From a virus, in IMG/VR virus record IMGVR_UViG_3300028364_000018, positions 1 to 64,000 of that record: a stretch of 64,000 nt of DNA; one strand, given 5' to 3'. The notes below the pieces were generated by a model that worked only from the letters and a program-made list of their open reading frames with translations, made no database searches and was not told the DNA's origin. Positions 49,623 to 58,010 of the stretch are shown here, one piece after another. The first letter of the stretch is position 1, and each line of letters begins with the position of its first letter. The position numbers and the translations under genes were made by a program.

Positions 49623-49700
49623 CTCTCTAAGGGCCATTTGGTAGGCCACTCCGTTTGGGGCGGAGAAATCGTACAGGTTCGACTCCTGTTAGAGAGACCA
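49623..49700 (+). tRNA. tRNA-Pro(TGG)
   Basis: CTCTCTA/TAGAGAG acceptor; CTCCG-TTTGGGG-CGGAG; TTCGACT; CCA. Confidence 0.9.
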
Positions 49701-49706
49701 TTTTAC

Positions 49707-49795
49707 AGGAGTTGTCCCTGTCGTCGGTCTGTAAAACCGAAGTCTTTAAACCGACAGGAACTTGACGAGTGGCGGGATACCACCAACTCCTACCA
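49707..49795 (+). tRNA. non-canonical tRNA-Tyr(GTA)-like RNA
   Basis: AGGAGTT/AACTCCT-A-CCA; TCGGT-CTGTAAA-ACCGA; no D hairpin; atypical T loop. Confidence 0.65.
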
Positions 49796-49797
49796 AT

Positions 49798-49871
49798 TTG
49801 GCTGTAGCTCAAAATCAGAGCGGGGAGCTGTGACCTCCCAGACCCCGGAGAGTTACCGGGCAGTCAACCCA
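49798..49871 (+). tRNA. tRNA-His(GTG) without encoded G-1; atypical D/T loops
   Basis: TTGGCTG/CAGTCAA-C-CCA; GGGAG-CTGTGAC-CTCCC; T loop AGAGTTA. Confidence 0.8.
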
Positions 49872-49878
49872 TTTTAAA

Positions 49879-49949
49879 CACTCGGTGACCGAGAGGCTAG
49901 GTACCAGCTTGCAACCCTGGTTACGTCAGTTCGATTCTGACCCGCGCCA
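49879..49949 (+). pseudogene. degenerate tRNA-Cys(GCA)
   Basis: D and T arms intact; outer acceptor pairs broken (CACT vs CGCC); no CCA. Confidence 0.7.
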
Positions 49950-49964
49950 CTTCCGCCATTTTTC

Positions 49965-50041
49965 GCCCTTGTAGCTCAGTTGGTAGAGCACCCCACCTGT
50001 ACTGGGGATGTCGTCGGTTCGATTCCAGGCCAAGGGCTCCA
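49965..50041 (+). tRNA. tRNA-Thr(TGT), partly degenerate (C33, weak T stem)
   Basis: GCCCTTG/CAAGGGC-T-CCA; CCCCA-CCTGTAC-TGGGG. Confidence 0.75.
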
Positions 50042-50082
50042 TTTATACTTCCCTTTGACCTCCGGGCATGCTACGGATCTGT

Positions 50083-50214
50083 ATGGCCTTACTACTCAAA
50101 AACAGCGTGTTCCTGCATATCCCCAAAACAGGCGGGAACTATGTCCAGGCTATCCTAGAAAGGATTATGCATCAGGAAGAATGGGCAATGACGTACTTCG
50201 ACTACCAAAGTTAG
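50083..50214 (+). pseudogene. truncated sulfotransferase N-terminus (43 aa)
   Basis: VFLHIPKTGG PAPS-binding motif, then a stop. Confidence 0.6.
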
Positions 50215-50217
50215 TTC

Positions 50218-50252
50218 TTCCATTCCCACCATACTTACGCTATAACAACCGT
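50218..50252 (+). promoter_or_regulatory. sigma70-like leaderless promoter
   Basis: TTCCAT-17-TATAAC-6nt-ATG(50253). Confidence 0.5.
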
Positions 50253-51308
50253 ATGCCAGATAAAGCCCTATTCCAGATGTTAGCCGCCAAGAACGACAGT
50301 GACCAAGGTCAGTACAAAGCCAAGGCGGACAAGATGTTTAAGCTCCTGATGACACAACCGGATGAGTTTGAGGTGGAGGACGATCCCAAAGGTGGGCATC
50401 CTCTCCTCACCCATCGCCCCACCCACTTCAAGATGCACCTACCTAAGCGGTACATCCCGGCACGTGTATGGGACTCCCCGCACGAAGCGTTGGTTAGCAG
50501 GGAAGTGATAGATAAAGAAAAGGAGGCGAGCACTAAGGAGGACCGAGCGGTCCCTGCTTACGTAGCCAAGCAAGCTGGACTCCCCAGGAGTGTGAAGATG
50601 ATACCTTACATTCGGAATTACGCAGACGAGGGTATGCGGCAGATTCTATCACGACCCCGATGGCCAGCTACCCTACGGGAGCCACTACCATGGGGTAACT
50701 TTGCCGCATACGCGCCGGAAGGTACAAATGCTTACAACGTGATAGGCTCTGACATCCCCAAGGTACTACAAGGGATGGGTTACGGTCGGAAAATGTATGG
50801 AGCAGCAATACGTACAGCGTATGAGGACTACCTAAAAGGGGGTCCTCGGTGGTTTGGGTCAGATAGCAGTGGGCGGACCACTACTAAGGCTTGGCACCTG
50901 TGGGAGAGCCTACAGAGAAGAGGTTACCCGGCTAAACAGATGCCGATGGATTTCCCCAGAAAAGGTTACCACTCACGATGGGCCATCGACTTAGATGACA
51001 TGAAGAAATTTTACAAGGATGTTAAACCCAATGGTCCGGCTACGGGCAAGCCCGTGACACGCGTAGGTCCCCCGGTTAAGGAAGCAAGCGTCCCGTCCGA
51101 CAAACAACTGCTGTCCCAGACCGACCTGAACCCCAGTGAAGCTCAGCAGGAAGCCGGTAACTACCGGAAGGCCCATATCAAACTACATGGGTTGGACATC
51201 TCAATCGAGAATCCCCGGGGAAGTACCAGGAGCGGGGTTGGTCCAGATGGTAAAGAGTGGAGCCACAAGCTCGATCTACACTATGGATATATCAAGGGCT
51301 TCAGCTAA
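50253..51308 (+). CDS. multidomain putative virion protein: unknown domain, GNAT-like domain, N-half of a phage inorganic pyrophosphatase-like (InPase) domain
   Basis: True start MPDKAL at 50253 (the ORF-track start lies inside a tRNA); QGMGYGRKMY; GNYRKAH..LDISIENPRGSTRSG..HYGYIKG. Confidence 0.7.
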   Translation: MPDKALFQMLAAKNDSDQGQYKAKADKMFKLLMTQPDEFEVEDDPKGGHPLLTHRPTHFKMHLPKRYIPARVWDSPHEALVSREVIDKEKEASTKEDRAVPAYVAKQAGLPRSVKMIPYIRNYADEGMRQILSRPRWPATLREPLPWGNFAAYAPEGTNAYNVIGSDIPKVLQGMGYGRKMYGAAIRTAYEDYLKGGPRWFGSDSSGRTTTKAWHLWESLQRRGYPAKQMPMDFPRKGYHSRWAIDLDDMKKFYKDVKPNGPATGKPVTRVGPPVKEASVPSDKQLLSQTDLNPSEAQQEAGNYRKAHIKLHGLDISIENPRGSTRSGVGPDGKEWSHKLDLHYGYIKGFS

Positions 51309-51338
51309 GCTCCAGCCTTCCTTTTTTTAGCTATGACC

Positions 51339-51373
51339 TTGACCAACGCCCCTTTAAATACTACCATCCGAGG
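51339..51373 (+). promoter_or_regulatory. sigma70-like leaderless promoter inside the split InPase domain
   Basis: TTGACC-17-TACCAT-6nt-ATG(51374). Confidence 0.7.
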
Positions 51374-54300
51374 ATGAATACCAAACTACAGGCCATAGAC
51401 GGAGACGCCCCAGATTGCTTTATAGGACCTAACCCTGAATCTACCAAGGTTTGGGTGGTAGACCAATGCAAACCCAATGGGAAGTTTGACGAGCCCAAGG
51501 TACTACTGGGGTTCGACACCCAGAAGGAAGCTACGGACGGATATCTCAGTGCTTACGATGAAGGCTGGAAGCTGGGGCCGGTCACTGCCTGCACCATAGA
51601 TGAGTTAAAGGGTTGGTTGGGGGATGGGTGTGTGCCCCATGAGTTTGCTGAGTATAAGAAGGGGGTGAAGTCGGAAGGAGAGAAGGAAGCGGCTAGTAAC
51701 TCAGTAGCCCTCATCAAGGGTAACCCTAAGCACATCAAAGACAATCCCAACGCTACGTCCTTCTATGAACAACTAGAAGGGTTACTACAAGAACAAGGCT
51801 ACGACGTAACTATGGATGACGGAGAACCCTTCACACAACCCGGAGAAGGGCACTCAGCATGGATCGGGCATAGTAGAGGTGGGGATAGGTTAAGGTTTGC
51901 GCCTGAGGGTGTAAGCACCCTAAGGTTAGACGACTACGAGCCAGAAGACTCACATGGGGAGGATGGTGTTCCTAATGACAACCACTATATGATAACAGAT
52001 GAGATGCGTGAAGCTATACTCGGGTTGTCTAAGAGTGGCGAGAAGAGTGCTAACGGCGGGCGAGCTGTGGGGTTGGATAATTTTGACGGCTCGACGCAGG
52101 ACCCAAACCTAGGCACACCCCAACCCAACCTTGCTCTCGGCATACGGGATTTGGCGAAGCAAGCTGGCCAGGCGCCGACCACAGGGACCCCCACTCCATG
52201 GGCGGGGCAAGAACAGATGCTCAAACACCTGTGGAACGCCGAGAACAACATACGCGACGGTTACAACCCGCAGTCCGGGACTTGGACAACCTACGATGAC
52301 AACGGCACGCCCGCTGTAGGACCCGGAGTACGTGTACCAGGTAAACAAGGCCAGACTTGGACGGATCAGCAGGTACAGGAGTTGGCGATTACCTCGATGC
52401 AAGAACACCTGGAACGGACCCGCAGGCGTTACCCACAGTTCGATACACTACCCATGCATTATCAGATGGGCTTGGTGGACGCCACCTACAACAGCGTGCG
52501 AACACCCCTGATGTACCAAGCGATGTTGGATGGGGATCATCGACGTGTGCTCGGAGAGAACTCAACACATTGGACGGATAAACATGGTGTTCGGCAACCG
52601 CATACCCGTCGGGATGGACTCAGACAGGAACTGATGGCACCTCCGGGCGGTGTACCAGCCCTTCCCACTCCACAACCCACGCCTACTCCAACCCCAGTGC
52701 CTACTCCCGCCCCAGCTGTTGCCCCAGCTGCAACCCCCGCACCCACAGGTCCCACGATGGCCCCAGGGCCGGGCGTACCTGCTCCTGCTGGGTACATGCC
52801 AACCACTGACAACCCCCCTACAAGCTACCATCAGGGTGCTGACGGTGCTGTGAGCTACATGGTACCCAAGAGCGGGGCTGTCGTGGAAAGGGCTGTGACC
52901 GGCCCCAGGGCGCTGGCTGAGGCCCTATCCGAGTTAGATCTGGATAAGCTGGAGGCCGAACAACGGGAGATCATCAAGAGCGGTAGTCGGAGTAAACGCT
53001 CTAAGGCTGTGCAGATCCTGGGCGCTATTGAAGGCCTCCGCCGTAATGAACTGACACCCAATCAGCTGATGATCAGCCGTGTGCCGGTCTTGCCCGCGCA
53101 ATTCAGACCTTTCAGCGCACAGGGCACGACCTTCATCCCCGGAGATGCTAATGTACTGTACAAAGACCTGTTTAACCTGAAGAAGGCCTATGCACAGGAG
53201 AGTCAGGTGTTTGGCGAGGACCAGGCAGGGGAAAGCCGGGGGTCGCTCTATGATGCGGTACGCGCTGTCTACGGTTACGGACCTCCGACCAACGATAAGG
53301 CGCGGGCCAAGGGTGTGAGCGGTTTCATGCAGAAGGTGCTGGGTGCTGGGTCCCCGAAACACAGTTTTTACCAACGAAACCTGATTAGCAAGACCCAGGA
53401 CAGCTCCGCACGCTCTGTGATTGGGGTGGACCCAGAGTTGGGCATGGATGAGATTGGTATACCCCAGGAGATGGGTTGGACTTTGTATGGGCCTTGGGTG
53501 CAGCGACGGCTCGTGCAGTCAGGGATGAATCCGGGCACGGCGTTGGAGAATGTCCGGGATCGGACGGACTATGCTGTGCGAGCTTTGGAGAAGGAGATGA
53601 GGGAGAGGCCGATTTTGGCGACGCGTAGTCCTGTATGGTGGAAATTCGGCGTGCTAGGCCTTACCCCGCACCTAGTAGATGGTGATGCGATTATGTCCAA
53701 CCCTTGGATTGAAACCGGCCTGGGCGCGGATCACGATGGTAATTGCGTCATAATCGGAACCAAGTTGATGGTGAAAGTACAGGATGTAAGGCTCGTGGCT
53801 GATAGGTCAGGAGATTGTGTCATAATCAGCGTTGACAAGGATAGGGAGACTGGTTATGATAGGCGTTACATGAGAATACCTAAAGGCGCCAAGGTTCTTT
53901 CCCAGCTCGGAACCGATACCATCATTGAGCTACCTATTGAAAACTTCCCACGCATGGGAGAGGCGCACACCGCTAAAGACGGAGGACTAACCTACGAAGT
54001 CCCGCCAGGAGTCCAGGTCCTGACCAACGCCCCGGACGGTCTGGGTGTGCGCTGGACACCGGTCACGACCTTCACGGTGGATGGAGTTAAACCCATACGC
54101 AGGCTTACCAGCAGCTCTAAGAAGGTGGTGGAGGTTAGCAACAATGAGTCAGTGGCAATCTACAACAAAGGTGGAACCATCGGAAGGACCAGCCCGGATG
54201 AACTCCGACCCTGGGATATGGTACCAACCATCCGTAACCTACCGGAGCCTGCTGAATCACGTTCATGTCCTTGGGCGTGGTTCTACGGAGCGTTCGTATC

Positions 54301-55600
54301 CGACGGCTGGGTTAGCGAGGGTAAGACAGTTGGTTACACCAAGGTAGATGCGGCTAAGCGTCGGCGTTTCCTGAAAGAGGCGGTGGAGTTCATCGGCATG
54401 GATGTGGACGTCAAACACTACTCTGAGACTCACGAGGCCCTGACCAACTCCGGCATTGGCGGTGAAAGCACTAAGATACATATCAACCTACGAGAGGATT
54501 CCCCGCAGGGTGTTCGGGACATGATCGAGGCCTTGGAGCGTTGTTACCACCCGAGTGTAAAGGATCGGGAGCCCGACCAACGCAGTTGCCTATTCAAACG
54601 ACTTCCTCCCGGTTATTTGGAATGGGACCAACCCAGTCGCATGGATTTGTTCTCCGGACTGCTGGATGGGGACGGTTGTATATCAATCAACAACTCCAGA
54701 GCCAAGCCCCAGGTGCTGGTTAACTTCAGTACCAGCTCCCCCTTCCTCAGGGACGACGTCTTCAAGCTATGTCTATCTCTGGGCATCCGGTGCTCCACCT
54801 CAGTGGGAGAGGCCAAGAAAGAGCGGGTACAGACACACGAGAGTTATGTGATGAACATCAGTACCCCGGACCTACTACCACTCGCGGGTCAACTGAACAT
54901 GGTGGAGAATAATAGGGGCCTGCAGATGCTACGAGCCTGCCCCAGCTTGAAGGATGACCGGGATACTCTACCTGTGGAGGAACCACTCCTGCACCAAGCC
55001 TGTGTACTCGGCGCGTTAGACCCCAAGGGCTCTAGTAACAGAGTGACTCTGATGGACTTGCGGTCTAAAGCTCGTCGTCAAGAGGGTTTGGTGGGAGTCA
55101 CCCGTAATCTTGCACGCAATCTCCTACAGGATTACCTGGGCGAGCGTGATGAGCGCTGGGAGGTGTTGGAACGCCTTGTTCAGGACACATCCCTTGGTTG
55201 GGAGACCATCAAGACCGTGGAGGACACGGGAGAGGCTGAGGTATTTGATATCGGAGTACCGGAGACCAAGGTCTATGCCTTGAGTAACGGCCTCATCATC
55301 TACGACACCTTCAACGTACATCTCCCAGCCTCTGCGAAGGGTGTGGAGGAGGCGCGGACCATCTTGAAGCCCAGTAGCATGCTGTTCCAAACCCGGGATC
55401 CCGGTAAAATTTTGCCGGTTCCCAAACATGAGCAAATTTCGGGAATTTCTTCAGCCATGCGACGCCCTGCCCGGAACTCCCACGTGTTTACCTCGGAGGA
55501 GGAGGCGATTAAGGCTATCAACAGTAAGCAGGTGAGCATGTCGGATGAAATAACGATTAGTGCCTTGCCAAACCCAACTCAAACCCCTACAATACTCTGA
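51374..55600 (+). CDS. rpoC: polyprotein: InPase C-half, small domain, lysozyme-like domain, Pro-rich linker, RNA polymerase beta-prime central part with intein
   Basis: DGDAPDCFIG..DEPKVLLGF; EN..YDDNGTPAVGPG..VDATYN; PVLPAQFRP, SKTQDSSARSVI, GADHDG, VHLP. Confidence 0.88.
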   Translation: MNTKLQAIDGDAPDCFIGPNPESTKVWVVDQCKPNGKFDEPKVLLGFDTQKEATDGYLSAYDEGWKLGPVTACTIDELKGWLGDGCVPHEFAEYKKGVKSEGEKEAASNSVALIKGNPKHIKDNPNATSFYEQLEGLLQEQGYDVTMDDGEPFTQPGEGHSAWIGHSRGGDRLRFAPEGVSTLRLDDYEPEDSHGEDGVPNDNHYMITDEMREAILGLSKSGEKSANGGRAVGLDNFDGSTQDPNLGTPQPNLALGIRDLAKQAGQAPTTGTPTPWAGQEQMLKHLWNAENNIRDGYNPQSGTWTTYDDNGTPAVGPGVRVPGKQGQTWTDQQVQELAITSMQEHLERTRRRYPQFDTLPMHYQMGLVDATYNSVRTPLMYQAMLDGDHRRVLGENSTHWTDKHGVRQPHTRRDGLRQELMAPPGGVPALPTPQPTPTPTPVPTPAPAVAPAATPAPTGPTMAPGPGVPAPAGYMPTTDNPPTSYHQGADGAVSYMVPKSGAVVERAVTGPRALAEALSELDLDKLEAEQREIIKSGSRSKRSKAVQILGAIEGLRRNELTPNQLMISRVPVLPAQFRPFSAQGTTFIPGDANVLYKDLFNLKKAYAQESQVFGEDQAGESRGSLYDAVRAVYGYGPPTNDKARAKGVSGFMQKVLGAGSPKHSFYQRNLISKTQDSSARSVIGVDPELGMDEIGIPQEMGWTLYGPWVQRRLVQSGMNPGTALENVRDRTDYAVRALEKEMRERPILATRSPVWWKFGVLGLTPHLVDGDAIMSNPWIETGLGADHDGNCVIIGTKLMVKVQDVRLVADRSGDCVIISVDKDRETGYDRRYMRIPKGAKVLSQLGTDTIIELPIENFPRMGEAHTAKDGGLTYEVPPGVQVLTNAPDGLGVRWTPVTTFTVDGVKPIRRLTSSSKKVVEVSNNESVAIYNKGGTIGRTSPDELRPWDMVPTIRNLPEPAESRSCPWAWFYGAFVSDGWVSEGKTVGYTKVDAAKRRRFLKEAVEFIGMDVDVKHYSETHEALTNSGIGGESTKIHINLREDSPQGVRDMIEALERCYHPSVKDREPDQRSCLFKRLPPGYLEWDQPSRMDLFSGLLDGDGCISINNSRAKPQVLVNFSTSSPFLRDDVFKLCLSLGIRCSTSVGEAKKERVQTHESYVMNISTPDLLPLAGQLNMVENNRGLQMLRACPSLKDDRDTLPVEEPLLHQACVLGALDPKGSSNRVTLMDLRSKARRQEGLVGVTRNLARNLLQDYLGERDERWEVLERLVQDTSLGWETIKTVEDTGEAEVFDIGVPETKVYALSNGLIIYDTFNVHLPASAKGVEEARTILKPSSMLFQTRDPGKILPVPKHEQISGISSAMRRPARNSHVFTSEEEAIKAINSKQVSMSDEITISALPNPTQTPTIL
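53744..55306 (+). mobile_element. intein (521 aa) with LAGLIDADG homing endonuclease
   Basis: Starts CVIIG; YGAFVSDGW and FSGLLDGDG; ends VFDIGVP..YALSNGLIIYD before Thr. Confidence 0.9.
53832..53860 (+). promoter_or_regulatory. near-consensus sigma70-like promoter inside the intein coding sequence
   Basis: TTGACA-17-TATGAT; in-frame ATG 9 nt later (53870). Confidence 0.6.
55565..55593 (+). promoter_or_regulatory. sigma70-like promoter overlapping the end of the RNAP gene
   Basis: TTGCCA-17-TACAAT. Confidence 0.55.
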
Positions 55601-55616
55601 CAACCACGGAACCCCT

Positions 55617-56069
55617 ATGACACCTAAAGAAATTCTAGCCTCCTTACAGACGTTCAACAAAACCGCGTTTCAACCACAGATGGCACCCCAACAAGGACCA
55701 CCCCAACAAGGACCACCCCAGGGTGGACCACCTCCAGGCATCGACCCGCAGACAGGTCAACCCATGGGACCACCTCCAGGCATCGATCCACAGACCGGAC
55801 AGCCTATGGGTCCTCCGATGCAAGGCCCTCCCCCAGGAGTAGATCCGATGACAGGCCAACCCATGGGTGGGCCTCCAGGCCAGCCTGGTATCCCTCCAGA
55901 GGAGCTGGAAGGGGTCATTAGTCAGCTAATGCAGGGGATGGACCAACTGGCACAGCACGCACAACAATCTCAGCAGCAACTTGCCCAACAGCAAGAGCAG
56001 ATGATGGCACAGCAACAACAGTTAGAGGAGTTTAGACAGGCGATCATGGCGCCTGGAGGGTTAAGCTAA
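55617..56069 (+). CDS. Pro/Gly/Gln-rich protein with C-terminal coiled coil (KTAF motif)
   Basis: GPPPGIDPQTGQPM repeats; start MTPKEI at 55617. Confidence 0.65.
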   Translation: MTPKEILASLQTFNKTAFQPQMAPQQGPPQQGPPQGGPPPGIDPQTGQPMGPPPGIDPQTGQPMGPPMQGPPPGVDPMTGQPMGGPPGQPGIPPEELEGVISQLMQGMDQLAQHAQQSQQQLAQQQEQMMAQQQQLEEFRQAIMAPGGLS

Positions 56070-56776
56070 TGGCGAGTATTAAGATTAGAAGAAGCAAGGT
56101 ATCCCCCCGTAACCCCGGTAAGGGCTACATCAACATCTGGTTCAACGACCAGGGCCTGCTCATGTTTGAGAACGACCAGGGTCATACCAAAGAGATAGAT
56201 ACCTCATCCTTTGAGTTCGAACTACCGGCACCCACCCCAACAACCACGGGCGACCAGCGGGATGTACGTGTAGCTGGGAATTTTATGTACATCTGCTATG
56301 AGCAGAACAAATGGGGTAGAATCCCCTTCGCAAAAACATATTCATTAGAGGACTAAACTGTGAACTTATACCGCAAGATCAAAGACAAGTTGCACCGCGC
56401 GTTCTTCTGGACAGAGTACGAGGACGAACGCCGTGTCCGTGATATCGGTCGCACTATAGGCAAACGCCGGCGTCCAGATGATGCGGTTGACATCACTGCA
56501 GGACCGCACGCCGGATACCCAGAGACCGCGATCTTAAGCGTTGTCGAACCGAACAACGCGCGTAAGGCCGGGACCACCTTTAGCTTTGGCCTGCTTAAGG
56601 GCTGGGGAGATAGCACCATCTGGCAGCAGCAGGATGGTATGGTACGGCACGTGGGCGTACTACCAGAAGGTAGCATTACATTCTACGGCGTACTACCCAG
56701 CACCAGCGGTGTGTTTTATCTGATAAGCACCCAGCTGGGTCAGCGCACAAATGGGCTGAAATTTAAACAAAACTAA
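56069..56776 (+). CDS. two hypothetical tail-region genes (56069-56356, 56360-56776)
   Basis: Coupled ORFs; GDQRDVRV..NFMYIC...W.RIP resembles tail-fibre repeats. Confidence 0.5.
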
Positions 56777-56791
56777 ACTAGGAACACGACC

Positions 56792-58009
56792 ATGGCTGAC
56801 AAAGACTTAAAATTCATTCAAGAAAATGTGGACGGACTGTTTGAAGAACGCACAGTAACGCCCGTATCCGGACAGGCGTTGATGTTTGACTCAGAGGGGT
56901 TTCCCGTGAGTGGAAATGCCGCTGAACCTTTCACCCTCCACGACGTAACCAACGCCCAACGCCTCGCAGGAACACGCAACGACGACACCACGCCTCTTGT
57001 CGCTGGTGACACGGTGCGGGTGACTGACCTGCCTGATGACCCGATCATGCTTATGCTGGGTACTGGTGATTGGACTACGATTTCAGAGCCGTTACAGATG
57101 CCATATTTCACGGCCCATACTTTTGTAACAACCGCAACGGATACGGTAGAAGCTTACAACGGAGATATCCCCGACGACTTTGCTTCAACAAATAGTTTAG
57201 GAAGCGCAAAAGCCCTTTCTTTAGGTAATTCAGTTACATCTATTGGCAGTGAGGCTTTTTATAATTGCTCAGGATTTACAGGATATTTAAATATTCCTGA
57301 TTCCGTTACATCTATTGGAAATAATGCTTTTAGGAGTTGCTCAGGATTTACCAGTTTAACAATTCCTGATTCAGTTACAACAATTGGAAATAATGCTTTT
57401 AGGAGTTGCTCAGGATTTACCAGTTTAACAATTCCTGATTCAGTTACATCTATTGGAAGTTATGCTTTTGCTGGTTGCTTAGGATTAACAGGAAGTTTAA
57501 CAATTCCTGATTCCGTTACATCTATTGGAAATAATGTTTTTGCGTATTGCACAGGCTTCACAGGAAGTTTAACAATTGCTGATTCAGTTACAAGTATTGG
57601 AAGTTATGCTTTTTATACTTGCACAGGATTTACAGGAGATTTAAATATTCCAGATTCAGTTACATCTATTGGAAGTAGTGCTTTTTGGGGTTGCACAGGA
57701 TTTACAGGAGATTTAAATATTCCTGATTCAGTTACATCTATTGGAGGTCAGGCTTTTCAGGGTTGCTCAGGCTTCACAAGTTTAACAATTCCTGATTCAG
57801 TTACATCTATTGGAGGTGGTGTTTTTAGGGATTGCACAAACCTTACAAACGTAAATTGCTATGTAACCAAAACTATATTTAATCAAAGTAATGTTTTAGC
57901 AGGAACAGGAGTTACAACCTTACACGCCCTTGCAAGTGATGGAACATGGACAGCAGGTGCCGACACAATTGGTGGAAAAGCATTAACAGTAATTAAGGAT
58001 TTGGTGTAA
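56792..58009 (+). CDS. BspA-type leucine-rich-repeat (LRR_5) protein
   Basis: About 11 repeats of IPDSVTSIGxxAFxxCxGFT. Confidence 0.92.
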   Translation: MADKDLKFIQENVDGLFEERTVTPVSGQALMFDSEGFPVSGNAAEPFTLHDVTNAQRLAGTRNDDTTPLVAGDTVRVTDLPDDPIMLMLGTGDWTTISEPLQMPYFTAHTFVTTATDTVEAYNGDIPDDFASTNSLGSAKALSLGNSVTSIGSEAFYNCSGFTGYLNIPDSVTSIGNNAFRSCSGFTSLTIPDSVTTIGNNAFRSCSGFTSLTIPDSVTSIGSYAFAGCLGLTGSLTIPDSVTSIGNNVFAYCTGFTGSLTIADSVTSIGSYAFYTCTGFTGDLNIPDSVTSIGSSAFWGCTGFTGDLNIPDSVTSIGGQAFQGCSGFTSLTIPDSVTSIGGGVFRDCTNLTNVNCYVTKTIFNQSNVLAGTGVTTLHALASDGTWTAGADTIGGKALTVIKDLV

Positions 58010-58010
58010 T

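Noticed and set aside
49980-50252. N-terminal extension of the 442-aa ORF
   Set aside because: Starts inside tRNA-Thr and crosses the sulfotransferase remnant; a promoter and ATG at 50253 give the better start
46280-58009. Diversity-generating retroelement targeting the repeat or LRR genes
   Set aside because: No reverse transcriptase and no template/variable repeat pair differing only at adenines in this window
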